Assembly: GCA_037481815.1 (NCBI GenBank) | Contig: JBBFKX010000001.1 | Location: 320,001 to 384,000 of the forward strand | Reading direction: 5' to 3' | Length of the DNA: 64,000 nucleotides | Origin: a candidate division WOR-3 bacterium | Lineage (GTDB): Bacteria > Hydrothermota > 32-111 | In this document: one piece after another, positions 1-8,946 of the stretch | Layout: every line of letters begins with the position of its first letter | Numbering within the stretch: the first letter of the stretch is position 1 | The notes under the pieces: model-generated | Seen by the model: the letters and a program-made list of their open reading frames with translations, nothing else | The model's database searches: none | Told to the model about the DNA's origin: nothing | Translations under genes and position numbers: made by a program

Positions 1-638
1 AAACTTTGTGGGTTCTTTAAAAAAGAATAAACAAGAAGTATGTTGGAAAATGTCGTAATGGTAAAATCTCTAAAAGCCATCGAAAAATTCCCGGAATATA
101 ACTCTCCAAGGCCTGGGACAAGTGAAGATAAAATCATAGAAAGTTCAGGGGATTTCATTCTCACCTTTTCATATGATTCTAAATCTTTTTTTATCGAATC
201 ATCCAGAAAAACTGGTATTTCTACTTTTTCCTTTTTAACACTTCTGTTTATAAGTTCAAGAAGAATTTTTAGTGTATCTAATCCCTGATCCTGAAAGTCC
301 TCGATTTCAAAAATCGCAGAATAGAAATCCCCTCTTTTAAAACTTAAAAACGACCTTACAAGTCCATCATAAACGAAAGATTCATCTGAAATGTCAACCT
401 CTGAAAGAAGATCGAGATATTTGAAAGAAAAAGTATCATAACCTGACAGAGCATAGAGAGCAGCGATTTTCAGGTAATATGAACAATTTTTTTCATCATG
501 ACTTTTGAAATAAACTCTTTTAAACTCTTCAACCGCTCTATAATTATCTCCCTCCAAAACCAGTTTTTCAAAATAGGTCTCGTTAGAAAGTATAATAAGG
601 GAGAAAAACAGAATTAGAATAACTATCCTTGATTTCAT
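1..638 (-). CDS. Exported TPR-like protein with a C-terminal membrane segment (K-x-P...LS..PGLG..Y.G motif); paralog of 583..1368; runs off the window edge
   Basis: Not in the ORF track. Translated by hand from ATG at 638: MKSRIVILILFFSLIILSNETYFEKLVLEGDNYRAVEEFKRVY...KSPELSMILSSLVPGLGELYSG..., open to position 1. Same architecture as the upstream gene, which it overlaps by 56 nt. Confidence 0.8.
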   Translation of the reverse strand, partial: MKSRIVILILFFSLIILSNETYFEKLVLEGDNYRAVEEFKRVYFKSHDEKNCSYYLKIAALYALSGYDTFSFKYLDLLSEVDISDESFVYDGLVRSFLSFKRGDFYSAIFEIEDFQDQGLDTLKILLELINRSVKKEKVEIPVFLDDSIKKDLESYEKVRMKSPELSMILSSLVPGLGELYSGNFSMAFRDFTITTFSNILLVYSFLKNPQS

Positions 639-1368
639 AAAAATACCTGTTAACCTTTTTTTCATAATAGATCTTTGCAGAATTAAATGAACCATAAAGT
701 TCACCTAAATAGAATATGGCAGCAACAGATGTTGAAATTATAAAAAAAGTTTTATTTTCATTTATAAATTTATAGTAGATCGATCCAAGAAGTGGGCTGA
801 TTACCGTCATCATTGAGAAGAGTCCATCTCCTCCTCTTTCAGAATAGAATCTTCCACTTCCTGGTAAAAAGATCGATAGAGTCAAAGCGATCAATGGGTT
901 CTTCTTCTTGATTTTGAAAAAGTTTTCTGCAATAGTTTTTATCTCATCTTTTGAATTAACAAAAGATTCGATATTTGCCTCACCTAAAAAGAGTTTTGAA
1001 AGTAAAACATAATCGTAATTTTTTTCAAAAAGAACTCGTGTCTGTTTTATCTCTCTAAATTTTTTCTGGAAAAACAATGCTATAAGATAGTTTTTTTCAT
1101 AATCCTCTGAAGAGTTTTTTATTGTATAAAAATTTTCTTCAGCCATTTTGAAATCACCCATAAAAAGATAGTTCACGCCTATCAGATTTATGATCTTTTC
1201 TCTCATCTGAGAGTCCTGACACAGATAGAGTTCCCTTTTTAACTCAGTTATAGACCTGAAGTAGTCGCCATCTTCAAAAAGAAATTTTGCAAAATCAAGG
1301 TTCTGAGAAAATATAAGGAGGGAAAGTGAAAGAATAAAAATCAACAATAAAAATTTTTTCATAATCAT
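583..1368 (-). CDS. Exported TPR-like protein with a C-terminal TM2/DUF5683-like membrane region
   Basis: Signal peptide (MKKFLLLIFILSLSLLIFSQ), TPR-like helices (FAKFLFEDGDYFRSITELKR), KNPLIALTLSIFLPGSGRFY motif and two hydrophobic segments. Confidence 0.7.
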   Translation of the reverse strand: MIMKKFLLLIFILSLSLLIFSQNLDFAKFLFEDGDYFRSITELKRELYLCQDSQMREKIINLIGVNYLFMGDFKMAEENFYTIKNSSEDYEKNYLIALFFQKKFREIKQTRVLFEKNYDYVLLSKLFLGEANIESFVNSKDEIKTIAENFFKIKKKNPLIALTLSIFLPGSGRFYSERGGDGLFSMMTVISPLLGSIYYKFINENKTFFIISTSVAAIFYLGELYGSFNSAKIYYEKKVNRYFYEIKDSYSNSVFLPYYTF

Positions 1369-1374
1369 GTCCCT

Positions 1375-1770
1375 TTATGGTTTATCTATGATCTTATAAC
1401 CTCTACTTTGAATAATAACTATAGAATCATAGAAAAGGTTTACATATTCTCTTGCAGAAAAATTACATCTCTGCAATCGATCGATACCTTTTAAAAATCC
1501 GAGAAACAAACCATATTTCCTCAACGATTGAAACATATAGTTTGAACAAGAGGGCGTAAAATTGCAAACCTCACCCTGTGCTGGAGAAATGAATATCTGG
1601 TAAAATCTCAAACCAAGAAGAGGAATAATGTTAACCGAATTATCAGTTAACCTCTTATCATAGGTCTCATCATGGTATATTTTTTGTGTATCACCTTTTT
1701 CAAAAGGTATTTCATAGGAAAAATCAGTTAAAAGAGTTGAGGCGATCATTAAACTCAGCAACAAATTCAT
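1375..1770 (-). CDS. yidD: YidD-family (membrane protein insertion efficiency factor) domain protein with an N-terminal extension
   Basis: RFYQIFISP...CNFTPSCSNY...KYGLFLG...RLQRC matches the YidD/haemolytic-domain pattern. ATG at 1770 follows GGAG. Confidence 0.75.
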   Translation of the reverse strand: MNLLLSLMIASTLLTDFSYEIPFEKGDTQKIYHDETYDKRLTDNSVNIIPLLGLRFYQIFISPAQGEVCNFTPSCSNYMFQSLRKYGLFLGFLKGIDRLQRCNFSAREYVNLFYDSIVIIQSRGYKIIDKP

Positions 1771-2860
1771 CAATCTTCTCCTTTTTTATCTCAAAACCAG
1801 CAGCCTTTTTATGCCCACCATAACCTTCAAAAAATTTTTCAAAAAGTTTTAAAATATCTAACCAGTTGAAATTTTCTCCATCGAACCTGCATTCACCACC
1901 ATAAACTTTCCTTTTTTTACCTATTACACAAACAGGTTTGTTATACTTTTTCGAGAGAATTGAAGATAAAACTCCCACATATTTATAATCGATATCTGAC
2001 AGGATCATTATGCATTTTTTATCTTCATAAGATTTTTCTTCAAGTTGTTGTGAGTATTTCTCGATTTTCTTTTTGAAATTTTCAATTTTCTTTTTAGTGA
2101 TTTTGAGAAAAATGTAAAAATTTTGTTTTTTGTTTTCGTTTAAAATGAATTCTACAAAGGGATTTTTCAAGTTTCTGGTTTTGGAGTTTGCAAAGATCCC
2201 ACATATATTTGACTCGTCAAAATCAAATTCTTTGATCAAGGGTATAAGATAAAAAATTCCATCGTGATATTTTAAAATCTGCTCATTTATTTTATCGACT
2301 TTTACTTTATCACATTTTGTTCCCACAGCCGCCAGGGAGATGTTTAAGGGATCGAACAAAAAAGCATCATAATAGGTTTTAACCTTTTTAAAATTTTTAA
2401 GTAAATAAATAGAGAAGAGAAAGGAAACTCCGCTACCAGAAAGGTTTTTGAATTTTTTTGATTTTATGAAATATGGGTTGATGTATGGTACTTCATCTAT
2501 TCGCTCTTTGTATGGAATATGATGATCGGTTATTATTATATTTTTACCTGAAAGTTTGATCTTTTTTATGATTTCATAATTAACTGATCCACAATCAACA
2601 GTTATGAATGTATCAAAATCTTTTTTCAAAAAATAGTTTACCTTTTTTTCTACAAGCCCAATTCCATCTATTAACCTTGAAGGGATAAAATACTCAACAT
2701 TCTTTCCAATAGATTTTAAGGTTCTTGCGAGTATTATAGTTGCTGTTATTCCATCAGCATCCTCATCACCCCACACAAGAATCTTTTTGGAACTTTTCAG
2801 TATAAAAAAAGCTTTCTTAAAATCTTTACAGGAAAAATCTTTTTCTTCTATTTTAAACAT
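1724..2860 (-). CDS. DHH/DHHA1 phosphoesterase, shortened RecJ-like
   Basis: GDEDADG, TVDCG, TDHH and GGHKKAAG motifs; only 378 aa. Confidence 0.8.
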   Translation of the reverse strand: MFKIEEKDFSCKDFKKAFFILKSSKKILVWGDEDADGITATIILARTLKSIGKNVEYFIPSRLIDGIGLVEKKVNYFLKKDFDTFITVDCGSVNYEIIKKIKLSGKNIIITDHHIPYKERIDEVPYINPYFIKSKKFKNLSGSGVSFLFSIYLLKNFKKVKTYYDAFLFDPLNISLAAVGTKCDKVKVDKINEQILKYHDGIFYLIPLIKEFDFDESNICGIFANSKTRNLKNPFVEFILNENKKQNFYIFLKITKKKIENFKKKIEKYSQQLEEKSYEDKKCIMILSDIDYKYVGVLSSILSKKYNKPVCVIGKKRKVYGGECRFDGENFNWLDILKLFEKFFEGYGGHKKAAGFEIKKEKIDEFVAEFNDRLNSFN

Positions 2861-3552
2861 ATCTTTATATCATCAAACTGAGTTTTCTGATCAATATGTA
2901 AAAAACCTTTTAAAGCAAGATCAAGGATTGCGATGAAGGTTAATATAATTTCAAAAAGATTATCAAAGTTTTTGACATACTCAAAAAAGTTTATCTCTTT
3001 GTTTTCGTTTAAGTACTGTAAAATTTCTTTCGTTTTTTCTACAATAGTTTTTTTGACTTTTGGATCCCTGTAAAGTTTAAGAGATTCCCCTTTTTTTAAA
3101 AGAGGTATGAAAACATCCATTAGATCAACAAGTGTATACGGACTCTTTTCTTCTACTTCTTTACTTTCATATATAACATTTCTTGAAAAAAGTTTTGAGG
3201 ATTCAAGTTCAATATTTCTCAAAATTTCCGTTATCTTTTTAAACTTCTGATATTCGATCAACCTTTCAACAAGAGGTTTTCTTGGATCTTCGATATCTTC
3301 ACCATCAACAGGATTTGATGGGATAAGCATATCTGATTTAATCTTTATCAATGTTGCTGCCATCACAATATAATCACTTGCTATATCTATATTGAGTTCT
3401 TTCATGCGATCAAGAATTTCAAGATATTGTAGTGTAATTTTTTGAATTGGAATATCGTAAATGTTTATCTCATTTTTCTTTATAAGGTATAACAACAGAT
3501 CTAGTGGTCCTTCAAATTGATCGAGACGAACATTTAAAATATCGTTCACCAT
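2848..3552 (-). CDS. scpA: Segregation and condensation protein A (kleisin)
   Basis: FEGPLDLLLYLIKKNEINIYDIPI...EDPRKPLVERLIEYQKFK. Confidence 0.95.
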   Translation of the reverse strand: MVNDILNVRLDQFEGPLDLLLYLIKKNEINIYDIPIQKITLQYLEILDRMKELNIDIASDYIVMAATLIKIKSDMLIPSNPVDGEDIEDPRKPLVERLIEYQKFKKITEILRNIELESSKLFSRNVIYESKEVEEKSPYTLVDLMDVFIPLLKKGESLKLYRDPKVKKTIVEKTKEILQYLNENKEINFFEYVKNFDNLFEIILTFIAILDLALKGFLHIDQKTQFDDIKICLK

Positions 3553-3553
3553 T

Positions 3554-4789
3554 TTAAAAACTCATCTTTATACCTATTGACTGAGAAACCCCCAGTTCAC
3601 CCCAGAACTTGCTCGAGTATAAAACAGAAATATTTTTATAACTAAGTTTAAAACCTGCTGTCAAAGCAGCCGAAAGATCTGTTGCGTATCCAAGTTGTAA
3701 TTCACTTCTATCGGATGAAACACCAAGAATCAGATCAAGAGCAAGTGGAGAAAATATATTTTTCTTTTCAGAAACTTTTATGTTTTCTTGTTTTCCAAGA
3801 GGTTGTTTTTCACTTAAACTCTCAAGAGTATCCTTTTTTTCCTCATTCAAAAAATCAGCGTAGGACTCAAAGCTCTTATTATCAGATTCTTCTGTTGTCA
3901 ATGTATCTAATAAAGAATCAGTTTCTGTTATCTTTGAAGTTTCGAGTGTTAAAGTGTCCTGTATAATATTTGAATTGTTATCATTTAAAACAATGGTATC
4001 TTTGCTAACAGTTGTTTGCTCAACATCGTTTTGGGTGTTGGATTGTTGTGTTGTCATTTTATCGATTGGTGGTCTTATAAGTGAGAATTTTAAAGCGAAT
4101 GAATAAAAATATTTTCTATCAAGTATTTTCCCAAGATCCATATTCACCGAGAATGGCATATCATCTTTTCCAAGAGACAAACCGAAAACAACTTTTAGAG
4201 GAGTTATAGATGTTTTTTCAAAATCGTATCCTCCACCAAGATTCAAAATTTGAAAACCAACATTTAAAAAGTCAAAATACAATCTTTCGTATATCAGTCC
4301 TAAATTCAATGATGAAAAGATGTTGTTGTAATCGAGCACATTTTCCAAACCAGCATTCAATCCACCACCTACATAAAGATTTTCATTTAACCTAAAACTT
4401 TTTGAAAATTCTATTAAAAGATCTGATGAGAAAAATTCACCAAGATCGTTGTTTAAAGAATCTCTTCTTTCCATTACTCCTGAATTAAAATATTTTAAAA
4501 GTATCTGTGAGGATTTGAAATTGTATGTGAATAAACCAAAATGTGAAGAAACAAGAAAAGGCATATATGTGAAAGAAAAAGTGTTCTCTTCCTTTTCAGT
4601 GTAAAGAGATGCCGGATTTATCAAATCACCATTTCTTCCAACAACAGCAGCTGAAGTTGTTGAATACGCCTGACTTAAAGGATCAACAGGAATATTCAAA
4701 AAATAGTATCCAATATCACCACTAAAAAAACTTGGAAATATGAGAGTGGAGAAAAATAGTATAAGTGGAACATAAAAAAATTTTTTCAT
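3554..4789 (-). CDS. PorV/PorQ-like outer-membrane beta-barrel protein with a ~105-aa polar insertion
   Basis: Signal peptide, FLNIPVDP..AY, INPASL, alternating beta-strand pattern, NLGG and a C-terminal Phe (SIGIKMSF). Confidence 0.65.
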   Translation of the reverse strand: MKKFFYVPLILFFSTLIFPSFFSGDIGYYFLNIPVDPLSQAYSTTSAAVVGRNGDLINPASLYTEKEENTFSFTYMPFLVSSHFGLFTYNFKSSQILLKYFNSGVMERRDSLNNDLGEFFSSDLLIEFSKSFRLNENLYVGGGLNAGLENVLDYNNIFSSLNLGLIYERLYFDFLNVGFQILNLGGGYDFEKTSITPLKVVFGLSLGKDDMPFSVNMDLGKILDRKYFYSFALKFSLIRPPIDKMTTQQSNTQNDVEQTTVSKDTIVLNDNNSNIIQDTLTLETSKITETDSLLDTLTTEESDNKSFESYADFLNEEKKDTLESLSEKQPLGKQENIKVSEKKNIFSPLALDLILGVSSDRSELQLGYATDLSAALTAGFKLSYKNISVLYSSKFWGELGVSQSIGIKMSF

Positions 4790-5784
4790 TTTTCCTCCGA
4801 GTTGATAAAACTCATCGCTTCCTCTACAAAAGATTTTGTTCCAATATAAAGTGGAACTCTCTGATGGAGTTCTTCAGGTTTTATTTCGAGTATTTCATTT
4901 TTACCATCTGTTGCAAGACCACCAGCATTTTTTGTTATCAAAGCGAGCGGATTTGCTTCATACATCAATCTTAATTTTCCTTTCGGTTTTTCTTTGTTTT
5001 TATAATCGAGAGGGTAAAGAAATATTCCACCATATATTAGATTTCTATGAAAATCGGAAACGAGGGAACCTATATATCTCAATGTGAATGGTTTTTCGTT
5101 GTTCTTCAAATAATCAACATATCTTTTTACTCTATCATCCCAGTATTTGTAATTACCTTCATTAACGGAATAATACCTTTTTGAAGGTTCAGGGAATTTC
5201 ATGTTTGGATGGGACAATAAAAATTCACCAAGAGATGGATCGAGAGTGAAACCATGAACACCTTCACCAGTTGTGAAAACAAGCATAGTTGATGAACCAT
5301 AGATTATATAACCAGCGGCCAGTTGTTCACTCCCTTTCCTCAAAAAATCGTTTTCAGTACATTCTCCCTCATTTAAAAGTTTATAGATTGAAAATATTGT
5401 TCCAATGCTAACATTTACATCGATGTTTGATGAACCATCGAGTGGATCAAAAATAACACAGTATTTCGCATTCGAATGGTTATGGAAAAATACAGGATCG
5501 GCCATCTCTTCTGAAGCACACCCTCCAACCGTATCATTTCTTGAAAGAATATTAACAAGTGTTGAATTAGAAAATTCATCAAGTTTTTGAACCTGTTCGC
5601 CCTGAATATTATCCTTCCCTGTCAATCCTAAAATTTCAACGAGACCTGCCTTGTTAACTTCTCTAGAAATTATCTTTCCAGCAAGAGCTATATCGAGTAA
5701 AAGGAGTGTAAAATCACCTTTAGCATACGGGAATTTTTTCTGTTCATTCAGAATAAAATGTTGCAACTGTAAATTTCCGTTCAT
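4786..5784 (-). CDS. fbp: Fructose-1,6-bisphosphatase class 1
   Basis: GEQVQKLD, FDPLDGSSNIDVNVSIGTIF, RYIGSLVSDFHRNL, KLRLMYEANP. Confidence 0.97.
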   Translation of the reverse strand: MNGNLQLQHFILNEQKKFPYAKGDFTLLLLDIALAGKIISREVNKAGLVEILGLTGKDNIQGEQVQKLDEFSNSTLVNILSRNDTVGGCASEEMADPVFFHNHSNAKYCVIFDPLDGSSNIDVNVSIGTIFSIYKLLNEGECTENDFLRKGSEQLAAGYIIYGSSTMLVFTTGEGVHGFTLDPSLGEFLLSHPNMKFPEPSKRYYSVNEGNYKYWDDRVKRYVDYLKNNEKPFTLRYIGSLVSDFHRNLIYGGIFLYPLDYKNKEKPKGKLRLMYEANPLALITKNAGGLATDGKNEILEIKPEELHQRVPLYIGTKSFVEEAMSFINSEEK

Positions 5785-5792
5785 ATTTCCTC

Positions 5793-6527
5793 CTATGAGT
5801 TTCTGATGAATTTTTCAATCTCAAGAGGATCATCCGTAACAAGATTTGGTTTAAACTTTTCTATATCTTTGAAAAGGTATGTCTCTCTGTTAAAATGTAC
5901 AACCTTCATTCCAGCGTCAAGTGCTCCTTTTATATCTGTAGCAGGTATATCACCTATATGGACAACCTCTTCAGGTTTACAATCAAAATATTTGATAACA
6001 AACTCAAAAATCCTTCGATCAGGTTTCGAAACTCCGATTTCATCAGAAAATATGAAAAGTGAAAAATTCTGATACACTCCAACTTTTTTCAAAACCTCTC
6101 TCAAATATTTACCGGGAGTAAAACCCGTATCAGATATGAGTGTTAATTTGAAATCAGGAGATAACCTTTTTATGAGTAAATCCATATTTTCTATAAAAGA
6201 AACTTCAGAGTCAAGAAAAGATTTTTCCATAAAGTTTACAAGTTCAACAAAGAATTGTTCTGGATAATTTTCGATCGAAAGATAGGAGAGAAAAGTTCTT
6301 ACAGATGAACTTGTTGTCGGAGTATATCTCTTTTCAAGCCATTCACCATTAAAAAAAATGTCCCAAGTTTTGTCGATTGCAAAATAATAGTCATCTTTTT
6401 TTAGTTCATACCCATATTTTGAAAAAATTTTTTCGAGTTTTGAGAATCTGTATTCTTTGAAATTTTTTGAATCCTTCCCTGAAAGTATTGTATTCCAAAG
6501 ATCAAAAGATACAACTTTTATCATCAA
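5793..6527 (-). CDS. HAD-superfamily hydrolase
   Basis: FDLWNT motif I, ISDTG, KPD and HIGD...D motifs. Confidence 0.9.
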   Translation of the reverse strand: MMIKVVSFDLWNTILSGKDSKNFKEYRFSKLEKIFSKYGYELKKDDYYFAIDKTWDIFFNGEWLEKRYTPTTSSSVRTFLSYLSIENYPEQFFVELVNFMEKSFLDSEVSFIENMDLLIKRLSPDFKLTLISDTGFTPGKYLREVLKKVGVYQNFSLFIFSDEIGVSKPDRRIFEFVIKYFDCKPEEVVHIGDIPATDIKGALDAGMKVVHFNRETYLFKDIEKFKPNLVTDDPLEIEKFIRNS

Positions 6528-7018
6528 TAATCCTTAAATCCATCTTTGTTTGATTTCGCATAGTTGATCATTCTGTTAACTGTTTTATAAACATTCTCTT
6601 CGATATTTTTTAACCTTTCATTTTTCCCATCAGTTTCATTTTTTATGATCGTGAGAAGTTTGAGTTCGTTACTCTCGATCTTCTTTATATTTTTTTGTGC
6701 AAATGTATAGTAAATACTGTATTTATCAACAAGTTTAAAAGAACAGAGAGCATGGAAATATGATTTTTTCATTAAAAAATAGAAACCGACAAAATACGCG
6801 ATATCAGAATCTGAACTTGTGTTTGAACCATACAGACGTAAAAGATTTATATACTTTTCACTATCATTACTTTTGTACATATATTCCATCAATTTTGTGA
6901 GAACTTCCTTATCTGAGAATCCATTCTTGATCGTGTAGAGATAAATCTCAAAAATCTCTTTTCTGTTCTCATTCAGAAGTGCTTTTTTCAATTTACTAAA
7001 AATTTCAATTTTTTCCAT
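6524..7018 (-). CDS. Hypothetical helical protein
   Basis: 164-aa ORF, coupled by a 4-nt overlap to the HAD gene and preceded by a promoter. Confidence 0.7.
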   Translation of the reverse strand: MEKIEIFSKLKKALLNENRKEIFEIYLYTIKNGFSDKEVLTKLMEYMYKSNDSEKYINLLRLYGSNTSSDSDIAYFVGFYFLMKKSYFHALCSFKLVDKYSIYYTFAQKNIKKIESNELKLLTIIKNETDGKNERLKNIEENVYKTVNRMINYAKSNKDGFKDY

Positions 7019-7024
7019 AATATT

Positions 7025-7052
7025 ATTTTATTTTAAATAAACCAAAAGTCAA
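7025..7052 (-). promoter_or_regulatory. sigma70-like promoter TTGACT-16-TAAAAT, 6 nt before ATG 7018 (leaderless)
   Basis: Read directly from the minus strand; no SD between the -10 box and the ATG. Confidence 0.6.
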
Positions 7053-7070
7053 TATAATATTGACCAATCT

Positions 7071-7835
7071 TTAGGAGAATCCCCTCTCAATTTTAATGTT
7101 GTTATAAGCTTCATTTATCTCTTTAAATCTATTTTCAGCATCTTTTACCACATTCTCAGGCATATTTCTTAATTTATCAGGATGCGTCTTTTTGACAAGT
7201 TCCCTGTATGCCCTTTTCACCTCTTCGTCGGAAGAGTTCTCTGAAACACCAAGGATCGAATACCACCTCTTCTTTTGATCGAGACCCTTTTTAAAATGGC
7301 CATCATAATAATTTAGAATCGAGTTTATGTCATAGATGTTTAAATTCAGTTTTTTACCAATTTGAAAAAGCGTATTCTTTATAGTATCATTTCTTTTACT
7401 TTTTAAAGAGAGTTCCACGATCAACGAAAAAATTGATAATTTTTCTTCATATCTTGCAGACCTGTTTATATTTTCAATCGATATATCTATGTTTAATTTT
7501 TCTGGGTTTTCATTAAAATTCTTATAAACATTCATCAGATTTTGAACCCTTTGTAAATCGTTCGGATAGAGCGACAATAGAAAACTTTTAACATAATCAA
7601 CTTCATCCTTTGAAACTACTCCATCAAGTAAAGAGATGTAAGAAAATATACTCAAAATATCTACAAATGGGTCATAGAATGGGTTCTTATTTGTCTTTTC
7701 AATTCTAACTCTAAAGTTATCAAGCCCGTTAATGAAAGATGAAATTAAAAAAATTATCACAAAAATGATCGATCCTGCAGGACCAAAAATAATAGAAACT
7801 GTAATAAAAAAAATTATAAAACCTAAACAGGACAT
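7071..7835 (-). CDS. djlA: DjlA-like co-chaperone (TM segment, TerB-like domain, C-terminal J domain)
   Basis: N-terminal [10 protein letters not shown], and YSILGV...[16 protein letters not shown]...FKEINEAY. Confidence 0.85.
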   Translation of the reverse strand: MSCLGFIIFFITVSIIFGPAGSIIFVIIFLISSFINGLDNFRVRIEKTNKNPFYDPFVDILSIFSYISLLDGVVSKDEVDYVKSFLLSLYPNDLQRVQNLMNVYKNFNENPEKLNIDISIENINRSARYEEKLSIFSLIVELSLKSKRNDTIKNTLFQIGKKLNLNIYDINSILNYYDGHFKKGLDQKKRWYSILGVSENSSDEEVKRAYRELVKKTHPDKLRNMPENVVKDAENRFKEINEAYNNIKIERGFS

Positions 7836-7841
7836 TCTATT

Positions 7842-8900
7842 TTAAAGATTGAATTTGAACTCGATTATATCCCCATCTTTAACGATGTAATCTTTGCCTT
7901 CAAGTCGCAAAACACCATTCTTTGCACACTCTTTTAAACTACCATATTTTTGAAAATCATCAAAAGATACAACCTGTGCTTTTATGAAACCTTTTTCAAA
8001 ATCTGTATGAATCTTTCCTGCTGCTTTTACAGCGTTTGTTTTATCTTTTATCGTCCAGCCCCTCACTTCATCCTCTCCCACTGTAAGAAAAGTAATGAGG
8101 TTCAAAATTGTATAGAATTTAGATATAACTTTTTCGATAGCAAACTCTTTTATCTTCATTTCGATAGCAAACTCTTTCTTTGTATTCTCATCAAACTCGT
8201 TCAGCTCTTTTTCGTTTAAGGCAGAAACTAAAAAATAATCTCTCTTTTCGTTCTCAAGATATTCTATAAGTTCCTTATCTATATTTTCCTCCATAGACGA
8301 AACATTTATTAAAATGATCTCTTTTTTTGCAGATATCAAAGAATAGTTTTTTATCAACTTCTCTTCTTCAGATGAAAAATCATATCTGTTTAAAGGTTTT
8401 CCTTCAGAAAGAATGTTTTTAAATTTTTCAAGGGAGTTCAATTCAGAAATTTCATTTGTGGAAAGTTTGTATTTTGCATTCTTCAACTTTTCAAACCTTT
8501 TTTCTACTATTTCAAGATCAGTCAATATTATGTGATCATCAAGTTCAACAAGTTCCTTTTTCGGATCAACAGAACCAAAATGAGGTGGAAAAATATCATT
8601 TTCAAAATTTCTGATAACTTTTAAAATTCCATCACATTCTTTTAGTTTCGAAAAATACTCATTATCGATAAACTTTTCTTCCTTCTCTCCCAACCTGTTG
8701 TAATCTAAAAAATCAATCGTTGGATATGTGGTCTTTTTTGGGTTAAAAACTTTTGACAGAAAATCTATTCTTTTATCAGGAACTTTGACTGAAGAAATAT
8801 GAAATTTATCTTTTAAATTAGAACTTAAATTTAAACCAGTTAACGCCTCAAAAACTGTTGTTTTACCTGATTTTGATAAACCTAAAATTCCAACTTTCAT
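7842..8900 (-). CDS. ychF: YchF/OLA1-family ATPase, divergent P-loop
   Basis: VKVPDKRID, FLTVGEDEVRGW, AAGKIHTDFEKGFI, RLEGKDYIVKDGDII (TGS domain). Confidence 0.9.
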   Translation of the reverse strand: MKVGILGLSKSGKTTVFEALTGLNLSSNLKDKFHISSVKVPDKRIDFLSKVFNPKKTTYPTIDFLDYNRLGEKEEKFIDNEYFSKLKECDGILKVIRNFENDIFPPHFGSVDPKKELVELDDHIILTDLEIVEKRFEKLKNAKYKLSTNEISELNSLEKFKNILSEGKPLNRYDFSSEEEKLIKNYSLISAKKEIILINVSSMEENIDKELIEYLENEKRDYFLVSALNEKELNEFDENTKKEFAIEMKIKEFAIEKVISKFYTILNLITFLTVGEDEVRGWTIKDKTNAVKAAGKIHTDFEKGFIKAQVVSFDDFQKYGSLKECAKNGVLRLEGKDYIVKDGDIIEFKFNL

Positions 8901-8907
8901 ATTTTTA

Positions 8908-8934
8908 ATAAAAGGGGGTTTTAAAAACCCCCTT
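8908..8934 (-). terminator. Intrinsic terminator hairpin downstream of the por operon
   Basis: GGGGGTT-loop-AACCCCC inverted repeat followed on the minus strand by TTTTATT. Confidence 0.7.
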
Positions 8935-8946
8935 CATTTTAAATTT

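Noticed and set aside
40..288. 82-aa plus-strand ORF
   Set aside because: Antisense shadow of the real minus-strand gene <1..638.
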